Part shown: positions 11,600-25,559 of the stretch, one piece after another
Position numbering within the stretch: position 1 is the first letter of the stretch
Layout of the letters: every line of letters begins with the position of its first letter
Source of the DNA: Camelus dromedarius
Lineage: Eukaryota
Direction: 5' to 3'
NCBI RefSeq assembly: GCF_036321535.1
Contig: NC_087437.1
Span: 23,996,001 to 24,060,000 of the forward strand
Length of the DNA stretch: 64,000 bases
The notes under the pieces: model-generated
Database searches by the model: none
Told to the model about the DNA's origin: nothing
What the model saw: only the letters and a program-made list of their open reading frames with translations
Position numbers and translations under genes: made by a program

Positions 11600-14030
11600 A
11601 AATATAGCCCTTATGCTTAGGAATAAATATTGAAGTATTCATGGATGGAAAAAGACTAGCTTCTTTTTCTAAAAAAATAGAATGAATACTGAAAAAGAGT
11701 TCTTCCAATTGGGCATTAAAGCACTCTACTAAACAAATATTCTTCCTGAAGGTATATAAAAAATAAAACTGAAGAATTACTTAAAATGAAATTTTGGAAA
11801 CTATAACAAAATAAAAATGAAAAAAGTTTTAAATTAAAGTAAATGCATTGAACGCCTAAATGAAGAATGTACAGAAAGAAAAACAAATCCAAATGAAGTA
11901 AAAGGAAGTGATTAATAAAGGTAAAAGTGGAATAATTAAGTTAGAAAAGAGATAAAATGCAGAAATAATAAGTTCAAAAGTTTTCTAAAGTAACTGAAAA
12001 GATAAGTAAATCACTAAACAAACATACAAACAAGTAGAAAAGTACACTTATATTACATTAGAAGTATGTATATAGTACATATCATATAAACACATATATG
12101 TACACACACACATATATATGATTTGTTTCAGGAATGGAAGGTGTTTCAATATTAAGAAATACATCATGTAATTCATATTACTTGAGTTAAAAAGACAAAT
12201 CATAAATTATCAAAAAATTTATTACCTAATTTACTATTTTATTACCTAAGAAGAAAAAAAAAACTTGGTTAGTAAAATATCCTATGAAAAGTTTAGAAGG
12301 GCAATAGAAGTTTCCCAATTAAAAAAAATTAAAATTACCAGGATTGTGTGGTATCAAATGTGGTGAAAAGCTCCCCAATTCATTTAATAAAGCAAAGATC
12401 CCTAAATGATTTAATAAAGCCATAATTACCTCTATATCAATACTTGAGCAGCTAGTAAAAGACAAAACATACAAATAAGCAAACAAAAACCACTCTAGAC
12501 CAATCTCATTAATCTAGGCATAAAATTCTAAGTAAACTTCCGGGAAACAAGACTGGGCATGATAAAATAAATGTATACTACACAATTAATATTTATGTCA
12601 AAGCATACAAAGATCTTTAAATATCAGGAAATCTTTCAATCTAGTTCACAATATTATTCAATCAGCGAAGGAAAATCATACGATTATTATTGATACTTGC
12701 TAAAAAGTAAGCCATTCCAAATAAAATTGCTGGTAAAATAATACAAGAATAAAAGGCAACTACTTAAATATCACAGAGACTGCCAAAATCAGCAAGCATC
12801 ATTGTAAATGGTGGAATGTTAAAGCTACTTCTATGAAAAACAGAAACAGGGCACAAATAGTTTTCTCCCTTATTATTCAACATTGTTTAAGAGGTTTTAG
12901 TAAATACAATGAAATAGGAAAATAAAATAATCATTGTAAATACTATCTCTATAAACAGATACCAGTATACATGGAACCTTTATGATAAAGTGGATATTTC
13001 AATTTGGTGGAATACAAAGGATTAATTTACCAAATGGTAATGATGAGCACACGATCCATCTGGGATGAAAAACAAGTATTAAGATAGACTAAAATTTAAA
13101 TACATAAATATAATAAATATTTTAGAAAAAATTTAGAAGCTATCAGGGAAAAGCATGGAATTATTCCTTACTTCTCTGTAGCAAGAAAATCTAAATTATA
13201 GTAATATTGTTATATCATTTGGTGCACTTCATATTGGGAAATTAAATCAAGTGGTAACACCTGCTGCTCTCAGTGATGTAGTATTCTCCTCCCTTGCTGA
13301 TGGAAACATGAATTGTTACAGCCCTCTTGAAAAAGATAAACAGATCTTTATACTAAGCAATATGGCTCCTGGGACTGTATACCAAATAAATTAAAGTACA
13401 AATATGAAAGTATTTTTTCACAAGCATGTCTATTACAACATTCTTCTGGTAAAAAGTAGAAAAAAGTGAGCCCTCATCAATAGCAAAATGATTGAATAAA
13501 TGTTTCTATATATATGGCATGATTTTCATACAATAATGTATCTATCATCCATATTATTATACAGCATTTAAAAGAAGAAGGTAATTTTCACATTAAATGA
13601 GGAAAATAAACATGAAATTGAGCAATGGGAAAAATATACTATTTTATAGCACAAATAACAAAAACGTCTATGTTTAAGTACTTACCATATCTATCATCTA
13701 CCATTTATCCATCTCTATCATATATCTAGGTATATGTATTTCACTATATAAGCACCACAGAAGGCATGAAAATGTACACAGTGGGTCTTTAAAACTGGTT
13801 GGTCTGATAGAAAATAATGTATAGAAGAGAGGGTAAAAAAAATCATCATCATCAATAATAGTAAAGGCTGCCTGATACATATGATGCTTTAAAAGATGTA
13901 TGAATCAGCCATTAAAGTGTTAATAGTGATTATCTTAGAGTAGTAGGTGTTCAACTGAGTTTTACCTTCTTTAAATCTTTGGATAGTCTTTTACTTTTTA
14001 TAATGTGGACATGTTTTCTCACAATCAGGA
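11600..14030 (+). mobile_element. Highly decayed L1ME-like ORF2 and 3' region
   Basis: A-rich sense L1 remnants ('ctagaccaatctcattaat', 'ttattattcaacattgttt', 'gctgatggaaacatgaattgttacagccctcttgaaaa', 'ttaatagtgattatctt'). Confidence 0.75.
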
Positions 14031-14549
14031 GAACTTTCAGCTCTTAAATTTATGGGGGGAAGAACAACAATCCTCTCTGAGAAAGGCCTAGGAACAAAAA
14101 GTTTATGTTAGCATGACAAATAGAAACTAAGAACCCTTAGAACCAGAAGTGCATAACCCTCTCTAAACCATGAGTATAGAAAAGGTACCAAGGTCCAAAG
14201 ACTCACAGGACAGAGAGCTAGGTATTTCCGGGAGAAAGATACACGATTGTCGAATCGTGATGTGCTACACTTTACATAATTAAGATCTTCTTATCATTAA
14301 CCATCATCTGTAACTAAACTCACCATGTAATTCACTCTGCAATAAATGAGGAGGCTGCTTATGTCTGCACAAGCCTGCCATTCAGTGGGAGTTTTCCTTC
14401 TCCGGCATTTTTAATAATAATTAAATGTCTTGTGATGTAAACCAAGGTGAAACAGAAAAAAAATCCCATGTCTTAAATCACAGAGCACAAGTCTATATTC
14501 TGACATGAAGATAAATAGTGTATTTTGAGGCTGTTAGGTATGCAGTTTC

Positions 14550-15610
14550 TCCTGCAGCATTTTACTTCTGAATTCGTCTCCTTCCACACTATAACTCACC
14601 CATTTCCTCCTTCTTCTTTTCTTTGTTCATTCTTCAACTAAATGTTGGAGAAAGGTAGGGAGGCTCTTTAATTTAATCTCTAGTGCAGATCTCTCCTCTG
14701 AGCCTCATAACTCTTTATCCAAAATTTTATATGACATATATTCTTGGGCACTTCAAAACCCAGTACACCAAGAACCTAACCGATGATCTCTCACTCCATT
14801 ATCCACTCCCAAATCTTGTCTTTCTCTAAGATTCCCAGTTCCAGTAAGTGGCATCACCAATTGAACAAGCTAGAAAACTAGCGGTTATCCTTGACACCAT
14901 TTTTGTCACCCTCCCTCACATTCCACTAATTGACAGTTCTTTTGATTTCTTCACTTAAACAGCTCTCAAATTAATCTATTTCTACTCTATCTGCCCTTCC
15001 AGCACCCCGTGTTAGTCCACATTGTCACATCATCATGCCTGAACTACTGTAATAGCCACCTAGCTGGTACCCTCTTTATTCTGGAACCTCTGCAATGTCA
15101 GTAATTTTTTCTTATACTTATAATAAAGATCCAAATACTTCAATGGCCAACAGGACTGCACACATACTGGCCCTCAACTCTCTCTCTGGTCTCCACTTAG
15201 GATACTCTTTGATCCCTCTCTCAAAACTTCAGACACACATTTCTGTCTCTGCTTCAGATGTGCTTTGCTGTCTCCTGCTTCAAGACCTCCTTCTATGCCA
15301 TTTTCCCTTTCCCTGGGAATACTTCCTAACCCCTCCCTCCACCCAAATACACAAAGGAGCTTCTGTTCACAACTCAGAATTCGGCTGAAATGAGACTTCT
15401 CTGTGCTTATGCCCTAGCACTTTTCCTAGTTTGTATTCCTGTCTGGAATGATTACTCGGTTAACATTGTCACCCTCCCTCCTAGAAGCTGTAAGTTCTAC
15501 AAAGGCAGAGTCTCTGTCGCTTTTAATCACCACTGTGTCCTCTATACCCCACACAGAGCTCAACACAAAGGTGGTACTCAGTACATACCTGCTGAATAAA
15601 TAATATTGAA
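14550..15610 (+). mobile_element. L2 LINE fragment including 3' end
   Basis: 'cagatctctcctctgagcctc', 'gcctgaactactgtaatagccacctagctggt', 'ctgtaagttctacaaaggcagag...gctgaataaataa'. Confidence 0.85.
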
Positions 15611-17796
15611 GTTCCTGAGCGAAGTTTTGTATCTTAACTACAGCTGTGTATTTCCCCACACCTAGGTTAGGGGCTTGCACTAAATAGGTGTCAGTCGCAC
15701 ATAATTAATGTCTCATCTTTAAAAAATTTAGCAAGAAATTATCATTTGCTTTACAAGCACTATATATTAACCTAATCATTTCTGTCCCTTTTAAAAGCTT
15801 CAAATGAATGAAATCAAATAAAGACCCTCATATATAAGGACTATAAATAACACATTTCAATAGTAATACATATTTTCTTCAAGATTAATTTAAATGTGAA
15901 CTAATTTGTCCCTATAAAAATAAGTCAGTTTAGACTTAACATATTAATTTCAGAAGGCATCAGATCAAATTTACTAGGTTCATTAAGCATAGGGAATTAA
16001 ATTTCAGAAATTGGTATTTCTTACTAATAGATGCCAAGAGTAATATTTAGCAGCCTGTCAAATATGTGCTTATTTATCATGTAAACTGACATTAGAGATC
16101 ATAATAAGTAAGTAGTTTTCTATAGCTTTTTTTTCAGACTCACTAAGGGTTTATATTTAAAACTTTAATAAAACTGCTTATCACCTAAGCATGACCCCTC
16201 TCTAACTCCACCTATACAAAAACCTCAGACTATCACTGAATTGTTCCATTACCAGCCTTGATTCAAGCTATGTCTTGACTGAGTGGATTGCTAATAGATG
16301 GTATTACTTACCAGGAAGCTACAAATATTTATATAAGATTGGTTTCTCACATAAGAATACCCAGAATTATTGATGAGTTTTTCTTTCGTTGCCTGGGTTT
16401 TGTGACATATGCAATGTATGCAGCAGAAATTATTTTTGTTGGTATATTTTCCAATAAGTATTTTCCAGGAGTATTTTGACACATGTTAAGGTGACTCTGA
16501 GATTGCAAGAAATTAAAGTAGCTGCAAGTAGAAATTTTATTTATGTTTAAAAATAGAGGTACAAGTAGTAACAATGCAAAGGCACTACTGTTACAATAAC
16601 TAAAAAGCATAAGTAGGCAATAGGGTTCAGTCACAACACTCATATTTGCCGCCCTGGTTCCTTTAGTTATTTCCTTCATAGGAAGCTGTGAGCTGTACTC
16701 TGAAATGCTGAGTCAGGTATGACTTCTCTGTCTTCCTATGAAGCAGTTGTTTTGACTTTGCATATGTTGTCTCCTTTTCACTGAACTTCTCTCTTTCTTT
16801 TATTAGTCATTGCCTCTATCTAAAATAATTAGAATTTACTGCCTACTGAATATAGGCATCTTTTCATTTACCACGTCTGAATCAATGCATTTCAAACAAC
16901 AGTCAGTCTGAAGACTACAGAATTTTAGAAAACAACAACAGATTTCATAAAGATCTAGCCAATCAGCCTATATAATTTAGGATTGGTAAATGTAACTGCA
17001 CCTAAAAATAACAAAATGTAGTCATGGGGGTTTTCAAGCATCCATTCTCATCCAAGATTTTATGGTGTCAGAGAGAATCTGATGACTGTGTTTCATCATT
17101 CACTGCTTAGATGAAAGCCATGAAACACGGTGGAGGAAATTGGTGCAAAAAGTTTAAGAAATGAAATGCATATGAAATGAAATAGAGTGACAGACCTTCT
17201 TAGTGTTTAATATAGTCTACTGAATAGTAAGACTTTTTCTTTTTTTTTTTTTTGAAATCATTGTTTAGAAATGTCTCTTCCCAATAGCATTTGATTAACT
17301 TTATCAGACTTTTTAGGTAAATAAGGAATGAGACTCAGTAGAAGATGTTCAATTTCAGTAGCTGTGTCGGTTGTCAATGGTCAACCGTATTTTTTCTTAC
17401 TGCTTTGATAGATGCCCTAGACTGCAGTGCGATTGTTCATTTCCACCTTTGGTAGTTAGCAGGAAGTGTGTTTGTGTGTGTGTATGTGCGTTTTGAGGAA
17501 GGGAAGTGGACTTTTAAAGTCTGGGAATATATACTTTGTGGTTTCCATGTAAAATGTCCTCATATCTTGCTCAGTGGAAAATTTTTACAGTAGGAAAAAA
17601 TTTGGAATTTAGGAATCACCTAAATTGTTTTCATGTCGAAGACAGGAAAAAGAGTTATCTTACTATTTTAGGTCATGCCTTGTGTCTGGTTTGGGACAGA
17701 TACATACCCAGGTGTCCTCTTGTGAAATAGTTTTGTCCACACAGTCACCTCTAGGACACTCAAATTATTTCCGCCTTTTTTTTTTTTTTTGAACAT

Positions 17797-18030
17797 AATG
17801 TAGCATAGTGGAAAAAGCACAGCAATGGACTAAGAAAGACCTGAGTTTGGATCCAAGTTCCACCACTTAATAGTTGTATGAATTTAGATTTGTCATTTAT
17901 CTCCTTGAGTCCAAGTTGCCTCGTCTATAAAATGGAGGTTAATGATACTTCTCTTCAGTCTTACATTAAGGTTTAGTACTAATACATATACCGAGCATAC
18001 AGTGAGGAATCAATTATTTTACTGTTATAT
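17797..18030 (+). mobile_element. MIR SINE
   Basis: 'tgtagcatagtggaaaaagcacag...agacctgagtttggatccaagttccaccacttaatagttgtatga...ctataaaatggagg'. Confidence 0.85.
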
Positions 18031-18984
18031 TGATCACTTGAGAAAAAGGCCAGTTTTTGTAGGGTTCTTGGATGATTGTCACATTGATTACAGAAGCATT
18101 CCTACAATGTACCACAGCCTCCTTCTCTTGGACTGTTAGGAATCTTTCCTGCTTTGTCCCCATCTGTTACCACTGTGGGTTTCATTTATTATCTGTATGT
18201 ATATGAATATGTGTGTGTATGTAACAATCACTGATTTCTTTATTACTCAGCTAGAGAAAGGAAGATACTGCTTCTTTAGATAGTACAAAAACCTGGCCAC
18301 ATATTGGTATAATAGTTTTTTTTGTTGTTGTTTGACTGGTAATGTAGTCTATGAGAATGCAAAAAGAACCTATTTTAGATCTCAGTATTTAAATTTTGAG
18401 AATATTTGTGAATTCAAATACATCTTTTATATCATTTCAAGTACATTTTTTTTAGTTATTCTCTACATCTTTTAGATCAGTTATTCTCAAGCATTTTCTT
18501 GTTTGGACCCAAAATACTATTCCTACTCCCCTAGAATGACCTAAATATATTACTATTTTTGATGGAAAATTATATAGATGAATTGATGTAAACAATTCTT
18601 TGAGTGCTTATTATATCAGCCTTCCAATTGATATTAGGATAGATCTTAAGATTTTAGAAGTAGGGAGTTTGTGGAAAATAGCAAAAGTCAACCAATTCTA
18701 GGTGCATGCATATGAATTAACTCCTAGGGAAGGTTAAGATTTTTGGTCAGTTTATTAGAATTTCATGAACTTAAAGCCAAGTCTTGAGATATGTGGAATT
18801 TGATAACCAAATAAACGTTTCCCTTTTTCTTATACAGTGTGAAGCATCACACCCTCCACCTCTACCCAGTGCCTTATGAAATAATTCATTAAGAAAATCT
18901 TACAGAATTTAAGCAATCTTACAGGAACAGCATGATGAAACAACTTCCAGCAAAATATTTTTCCAACAACCTGCATGTAAACCA

Positions 18985-20120
18985 GCATTCTCTTACATTA
19001 CAGTGGAACTTATGGGCTTCCATCCCTGCCACTTCACTGAAACTGCTTTTGTTAAGGCGACCAATAACTACCACATCACTAAATCCAACGGTTGTTTCTT
19101 TCTGTCCTCATCTTATTTGACCTTTCAGTCTTTGACATACTTTCTTCTCTCAACTTCTGAGTCTCCTTTTTAAAGTCGTCCTCTGTTAGTCAGTCTCCAT
19201 ATTCTGAAGGACCCTAATGCTCCATCCTGGGTATTCCTCTTTTTTCTAAATATCCCTTTTCTTAAGAGACCTTATGTAGTTCTGTGACTTTAAAAATACT
19301 ATCCATATTCTGATCATTCCATGTATATATCCTAGGCACTGATATCACTCCTGAGTTACAGACTTACATATCCGTTAGTCCTCTTGACATCTTCACTGGG
19401 ATGTCAGATGGGCAGCCTAAACCTAACTGGTCCCTAGAGGGTTCCTCGGCTGTTCTTCCTGATAGCAGTTGATGGAACCACATCTACCAGTAGTTCAGGA
19501 AAAAATCCCGAGTCAGTGTTTATTCTCTTCTTTCTCGCCACACAAAGTCTGCAAGACATCTGATACTCTTGTAACCAAATATATCACAATATCCATCTCT
19601 GCTTTCTATTTTCAATGGTACAATCAGTTACCTCTCCCATACCTGCTTCCACTGTCTCCCACCCCCAAATCATTATCTGAAGAGCATCCAGGGTAATCTT
19701 TTTACAACGTGAAGCAAATCATGTAATTGTACTTCATAATGCGTTTTAGTGGCTTCCCATTTCACTTAAAAAGTGAAAACCATTTACTGTGCCCTAGTTC
19801 TCTAAACTCATTTATCCTCTCCTGTCTTATAGATAGGCCAAACACCTTGCTTCTTTTTGTTCCAAGAAAAAGACAAATGGATTCTAATATCAGACCACTT
19901 GGCCTAAAGGATCTATCTTTCCCATCTTTGCATGACTGATTCATCTAATCACTGAAGATTCAGCTCAAAAATCATCTCCTCTCCATAGAGAGAATGTCTA
20001 TGACCATCCATTTAAAACATTTCCCCCCACAAGTAAACATCACTGTCTATCACATAGTCCTTGTTTATTTTTCTGAGTAAACTTCATTAACAATTGAGAT
20101 TAATTTTTTATTTGTGAGAA
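18985..20120 (+). mobile_element. L2 LINE, 5' part, interrupted by the ERV; resumes at about 28790
   Basis: 'ttcactgaaactgcttttgttaaggcgaccaataac...tctgtcctcatcttatttgacct', 'agattcagctcaaaaatcatctcct'; lacks its 3' terminus. Confidence 0.85.
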
Positions 20121-20126
20121 ATGCAC

Positions 20127-20496
20127 TGAGGGAAATTGTGGCGACATGGCCTAATTAATGTGGGGACCTCAACAGAAGGCACTAGTGGCTATCTCATAAG
20201 TCACAGAATTTCTCAGGAAACCCAAAAAGCCCATGGAGAACCAAAATGGCCTCCCCTGACAACTCTTTTAGCCTGTTTAAGGATAAACAGACATCTTGAT
20301 GGTTTTCAGCCAGTCAGCTTGTCCAAGATGTAGAAAACCAAGAGGTATCAAGACTCTCTATTCTACACACTATCTGTGGTTTTGCTTTTATTAATACAGT
20401 CTTTGCCTTTGTTAAGAGAAACAATCTATACAGGATTGATCTCCCTCAGAGTATCAACTATACTATAACTAAATGTCTCTGAGTTATTCTTTGACA
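20127..20496 (+). mobile_element. 5' LTR of an ancient class I ERV (ERV1)
   Basis: TG...CA ends, followed after 8 nt by a tRNA-Gln PBS; homologous by eye to 28379-28772. Confidence 0.8.
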
Positions 20497-20504
20497 CTTT
20501 TTCC

Positions 20505-20522
20505 TGGAGGTCCCACCAAAAT
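20505..20522 (+). promoter_or_regulatory. Retroviral primer-binding site, tRNA-Gln
   Basis: tggaggtcccaccaaaat matches TGGAGGTCCCACCGAGAT (complement of the tRNA-Gln 3' end) at 16/18. Confidence 0.85.
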
Positions 20523-20789
20523 TTGCATACTTAAGCGCATCCCTGGGGCTGACCAAGGCACATAGCTTGAGTGGTACTTCTCTGATGAGTCCCATGTCCA
20601 GTGATCAAGCTCTTTGGATCTTATGCACAGAAGCTGAGTCTTAGTCAAATCTGATTCAATTTTTTTTGACACAGCCATTTTATTCCTTCTGTTAGTAGCA
20701 GTAATCTTGGGAAACTTAATGTGTGTCTTTTGATCATTAGGTCATTGTTTCTATTGAGACAACTTTCTGTTGTCTGTATTTGCTTTTGA

Positions 20790-21065
20790 CTGACACCTAT
20801 GAAGATAGAAGGAAAGAAATGGGGTTTGGTAGGAAGACTCTGAGACTGCAGTGCAATTCCAGGAAAGCTTTATCATGCTGATGGCTAGAGTCATCAGTTA
20901 GAAGGGCCATGCATCCTGTAGTAATGGACCGGGACTGATAGCCCCGCTGTGCTCAGACAAGCTAGAAGCAGCCTGTGGGAAGCTTGGCATCTATAAATGC
21001 TGCAGTAGAGCCAAAGGGGCACCCAGATGGTATTGAAAAATTCTCAGTCACCTGGGTTACCACCT
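20790..21065. mobile_element. Old ERVL-type LTR fragment within the ERV1 interval
   Basis: 'ggaagactctgagactgcagtgcaattcc...ctgtgctcag...agcagcctgtgggaagcttggc' resembles ERVL LTRs as recalled. Confidence 0.55.
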
Positions 21066-21189
21066 ATAGAATTCGTTTTTTGTCTTACTTCCTACAAACT
21101 AATAAAAATAAAGACCTACATTGCTTTCTGTTTCTAAAGAAAGTTAATCTTTTGACCACTTAACAGCTGCTCAGAATCTAGGCATGTCC

Positions 21190-21256
21190 CATCCTGACTT
21201 GACTGATATTTCCCTAAACAATCCTATTGATAATGGTATTGTTTGTTGATGTATCT
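21190..21256 (+). pseudogene. ERV pol remnant (tether/RNase H start)
   Basis: Translates to HPDLTDISLNNP, then after a frameshift MVLFVDVS; compare the gammaretroviral RPDLTDQPL...W(Y/F)TDGSS. Confidence 0.7.
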
Positions 21257-24200
21257 AGGAGTGAACTTGATGGGTCACAAAAAAGGTATTTATTTAGCTC
21301 TCATAGGTCATATTAAATTGTTTTCTGAAGCAGTTGAACCAATTTCCACTCTCACCAGCAATGTATGAAACCTTCATTTAACGTAGTTTCTAGCAACGCT
21401 TGGTGTATTCTGTCTTTGAAATTTAAGATGTTACGGAGGATATGCAGTGATATTTCATTGAACTTTTAAGAATTGTCCATTTCCCTGATGACTAATAAAG
21501 CTGAGTACCTTTTCATATATTTATTGGTTACTTGAACATCTTATTTTGTGAAATGGCTATTCAAATATTTTAAGAATTTTTGATTTGAATTGTCTTTTCC
21601 CTATTGATTTCAAAGAGTTCTTTATATACTCTTGGCTATGAATTCTTTGTTGGATATATGTATTGGCAGTATCTTTACTCTCTCCAGGTTGCCTTTTAAA
21701 AAAATTTGTGACTTCTCTAAGAGTAGTTTTAGGTTCACAGCAAAACTGAGGGGAAAGTACAGAGATTCCCCCCATACTCCCAACCCCCACACATAAATAG
21801 CCTCTCCCATTTTCAATATCACCCACCAGAGTGGTACATTTGTTACTCGTGACATACTACATTGATACATCTTAATTGCTCAATATCCATAGTTTGCATT
21901 ATGCTTTATTCTTGGTGCTGTAAATTCTATGGGTTTGGACTAATGGATAATGACATGTTTATATCATTAAAGTGTTGTACAGAGTATTTTCACAGCCCTA
22001 AAATATCTTCTGTACTCCACTTATTTAGCCATTTCCTACCCTCAACTCCTGGCACCTACTGACCTTTTTTATTTTAACCTTGTATCCTCAACCTTCATAA
22101 TCACTTATTAGTTCCAGGAGTCTTTGTTAATTAATTCAGATTTTCTAAATAGGCAATGATGTCAGCTGTGACCAAAGGCAGGTTTATTTTTTCCTTCCCA
22201 GTCTGAATACCTTTTATTTCCTTTTCGTGTTTTATTGCATTAGCTAGAACTTCCAGTATGATGTTGAGAAAGCGTGATAAGAAGGGACATCCTTGCCTTG
22301 TACTGATCTAAGTGGAAAAGCTTTACATTTCTTATTATTGAGTATGATGTTAGCATGTTGGCTGTAGATTTGTGTAGATATTCTTTATCAAGTGGAAGTT
22401 CCCCTCTATTCCTGTTTTACTGAAAATTTTTATTACAAATGGATATTGGATTTGTCAACTGCTTTTCCTACATCTATTGATATGATCACGAAATTTTTCA
22501 TTTTTAGCCTGTTAATGTGATGGGTTAAAGTAACTGATTTTCAAATGTTGAACCAGCCTTGAATACCTGGGATACATTCCATTTGGTTATGGTGTATAAT
22601 TTTTTTTACACATTGTTAGATTCAATCTGCTAATATTTTGTTGAGGAGTTTAGCATCAATGCTCAGGAGGATTGGTCTGTAGTTTTTATTTTTAAATTTT
22701 TTTGTTTTGTTTGTTTTTTGTGCCTTTGGTTTTAGTATTAGGGTAATGTTGACCTCTTCAAATAAATTATGAAGTATTCCTTCTGCTTTTATCCTCTGAA
22801 AGAGATTTTAGAGAATTGGTATAATTTATTCATTAAATTTTTGGTAGAGTTCATGAGTATACCTATTTCTAGTGCTTTCTATTTTGAGAGGTTTTAAATT
22901 ATTGATTCAATTTCTTTGATAGCATTAGATCTGAAGTTGTTTTGCAGTTTTTATGGTTTCTTTTGATGAATATAAGTTTGTAATTAATATTGTCTAATTT
23001 ATCATTTTAAAATTATGGTTAGTAATTTGGATCCTTCTTAAGGAATCTTAACGCTTCAATGTGGTAACTATGCCTTCCTATGTTTTTCTCTCTAAAACTT
23101 TATTGTTTTTCTTTCACATCTAGGTCAGCAACTATAGGGAATTAATTTTCATGTTATAGAGTGAGATGGGGGCAAGACATATATTTTTCTATATGGATAT
23201 TCTTTTGGCTTATTACCACTTGTTAAGAAGACTGTTCTTTTCTTCACAACATTGCAACTGAGCCTTTGTCTAAGTGATATGTGTATATGTGAATCTGTTT
23301 TCAGACTCTGTTCTCTTTCATTGATGAGAACATTGTAGTTTTTTAATCTAAATATTTCATCTGCCTAAATTACAATAGCTTTATTATGGATCCAGATATC
23401 TTCTGTGTCCTTCAGGTTCGTTCATCTTTGATCTTCTCATTGTTATTCTAGGGCATTTCTAGGCCTATTGTATTTTCACATAGAACTTAGAATTACCATG
23501 ACAATTTCTGCAAAAAAAAATAATTCCCAACTTAGTAGAATTTTTATTGACTTTATATTGGATTAATAGATTAAATGGCAGTGAGGAATGACATTTTTGT
23601 AATATTGTCTTACTATATGAAAACATGTATTTTGTTCCACTAATATATATTTATATTTCTTTTAAGAAATGTTTTATAATTTCAGAATGGAGATCTTACA
23701 CATCTTTTGTCAGATACATTCCCAAATATTTGATATTTTTATGCTACTTTAAATAACATATATTTCAAACTTATTTTTATTTGTTGTTAGTATATGGAGA
23801 TATAATTTTTTAACATTTTAACTTTGTGTACAGTAATGATGCTTAACCTATTTATAAATTCTAAGAGCTTGTGGGTTCTTTTAATTTTCTAAATGTGTAA
23901 TTATATCATTTACTAATGATGATAGCTTTATTTTTTGTTTTTCAATGTTTAAGTTGCCTCCTTTCCTTTTCCCTCCCTCCATTCCTTCTTTTTCCTTCTC
24001 TTCCTCTTTCCCTCCCTTCATTCTTTCCTTCCTTCCTTCCTTTTTTCACTGTCTAGGCCATATAGTACGTTGGTGATAACAGGCATCCCCAATATCATGA
24101 GAAAAACATAGTATTTACTATAGGATGTTTTTGTAGATAAATCTTATCCATATTGCTAGTTTACTAAGAATTTTCTCTATTAAAGTGGGTTTTAAATATT

Positions 24201-25175
24201 TTAAAACTTGTATAGAGCTGATCATATGAGTTTTCTTTTTACAATAATTTTGTGATGAATTTTATTGATTTTTGAATCATGTATTTCTGTCATAATCTCC
24301 ACTAATATGATGCATTATCCTATTTATTAATCATAGGACCAATTTTTTAGTATTTTGTTAAATATTAAAGACTTTTCCAGAAATATTTCTTAGAGGAATG
24401 AATCTTTATTATTCTTTCTTGTAATTTCCTTTGAGGCTTTGGCATTAAGATTATGTTCATCTTATTAAAAGATTAAGAAGTGTTCCCCTTTTTTCTATTC
24501 TCTGGAAAGATGTATGTAAGATTGGCGTAGTTTCTCCCTTTAATATTTTGAAGATATCATTAGTGATGTCGTGTGAGCCTTTTTCTGGTAGGAACATTTT
24601 TAATAATTGTTGTTCATTGCATTAAAGGCTATTATTATTTTTCATCCTGTCATCTTTAATAACTAGGATTTTAAAATTAATGATTATATTAATGTATAGT
24701 TTTTCAAAATATGCTTTTATTATCTTTATCAGATACTCCAGGATCTGTAGTGATGCTCCTCTTTTAATTCCTAACATTGGTAAATTGTGTTTTTTTAATC
24801 TTATGTTTTGGTCCATTTTCTTATGAGATAGCAATTTTATTAATATTTTTAAATAACTAACTTTTAGTTTGTTGATTTTTCTTTGTTTTCTACTAATTGT
24901 ACATCTGTTTTCTATTAACTGATATCTTTAGTATTTTTCTCTAATTTTCTTAAGTTTGATTTGTTCTTGTATTTCTAATTTCTTGAGGTTAAAGTTTATA
25001 GTTTTGCCATTTTTATTTTTAAAAATTTGTACACTTAAGCCTATAAATTTCCTTCTAAGCTCTGCTTTAGTGTCACAACAGTTTTGGCATATGATACTAT
25101 GACTCAGGTGAAAATATTTTCTAATTTTCATTTTGAATTATTTTCACTTATAAATTTATTAGATGTTTATTTTTC

Positions 25176-25455
25176 CTTTTTAATTGAAGTATAGTCAGTT
25201 TACAATGTTGTGACAATTTCTTGTGAACAGCATAATGTTTCAGTTATACATATACATACATATATTCATTTTCATATTTTTTCATTATAGGTTACTATAA
25301 GATATTAAATATAGTTCCCTGTGCTCTACAGTCACAAACATAGAGAACAAACTTATGGTTATCAGGGGTTAAAGCTGGTGATAAGGGATAAATTGAGAGG
25401 TTCAAAATTTACGTATACCAACTACTATATATAAAATAGATGAACAAGTTTATAC
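25176..25455 (-). mobile_element. Short 5'-inverted (twin-primed) L1 3' insertion
   Basis: Minus piece 25176-25332 plus plus-strand piece 25333-25456; TSD tagat(g/a)tttatttttc at 25160-25175 and 25456-25471. Confidence 0.9.
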
Positions 25456-25499
25456 TAGATATTTATTTTTCATTTCTTTGCAGCTTGGTTTGACTTAAG

Positions 25500-25559
25500 T
25501 TATATATATATATATATATATACACATATATATATATATACACATATATATATATATAT
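25500..25559. repeat. (TA)n microsatellite with CA interruptions
   Basis: Seen directly. Confidence 0.95.
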
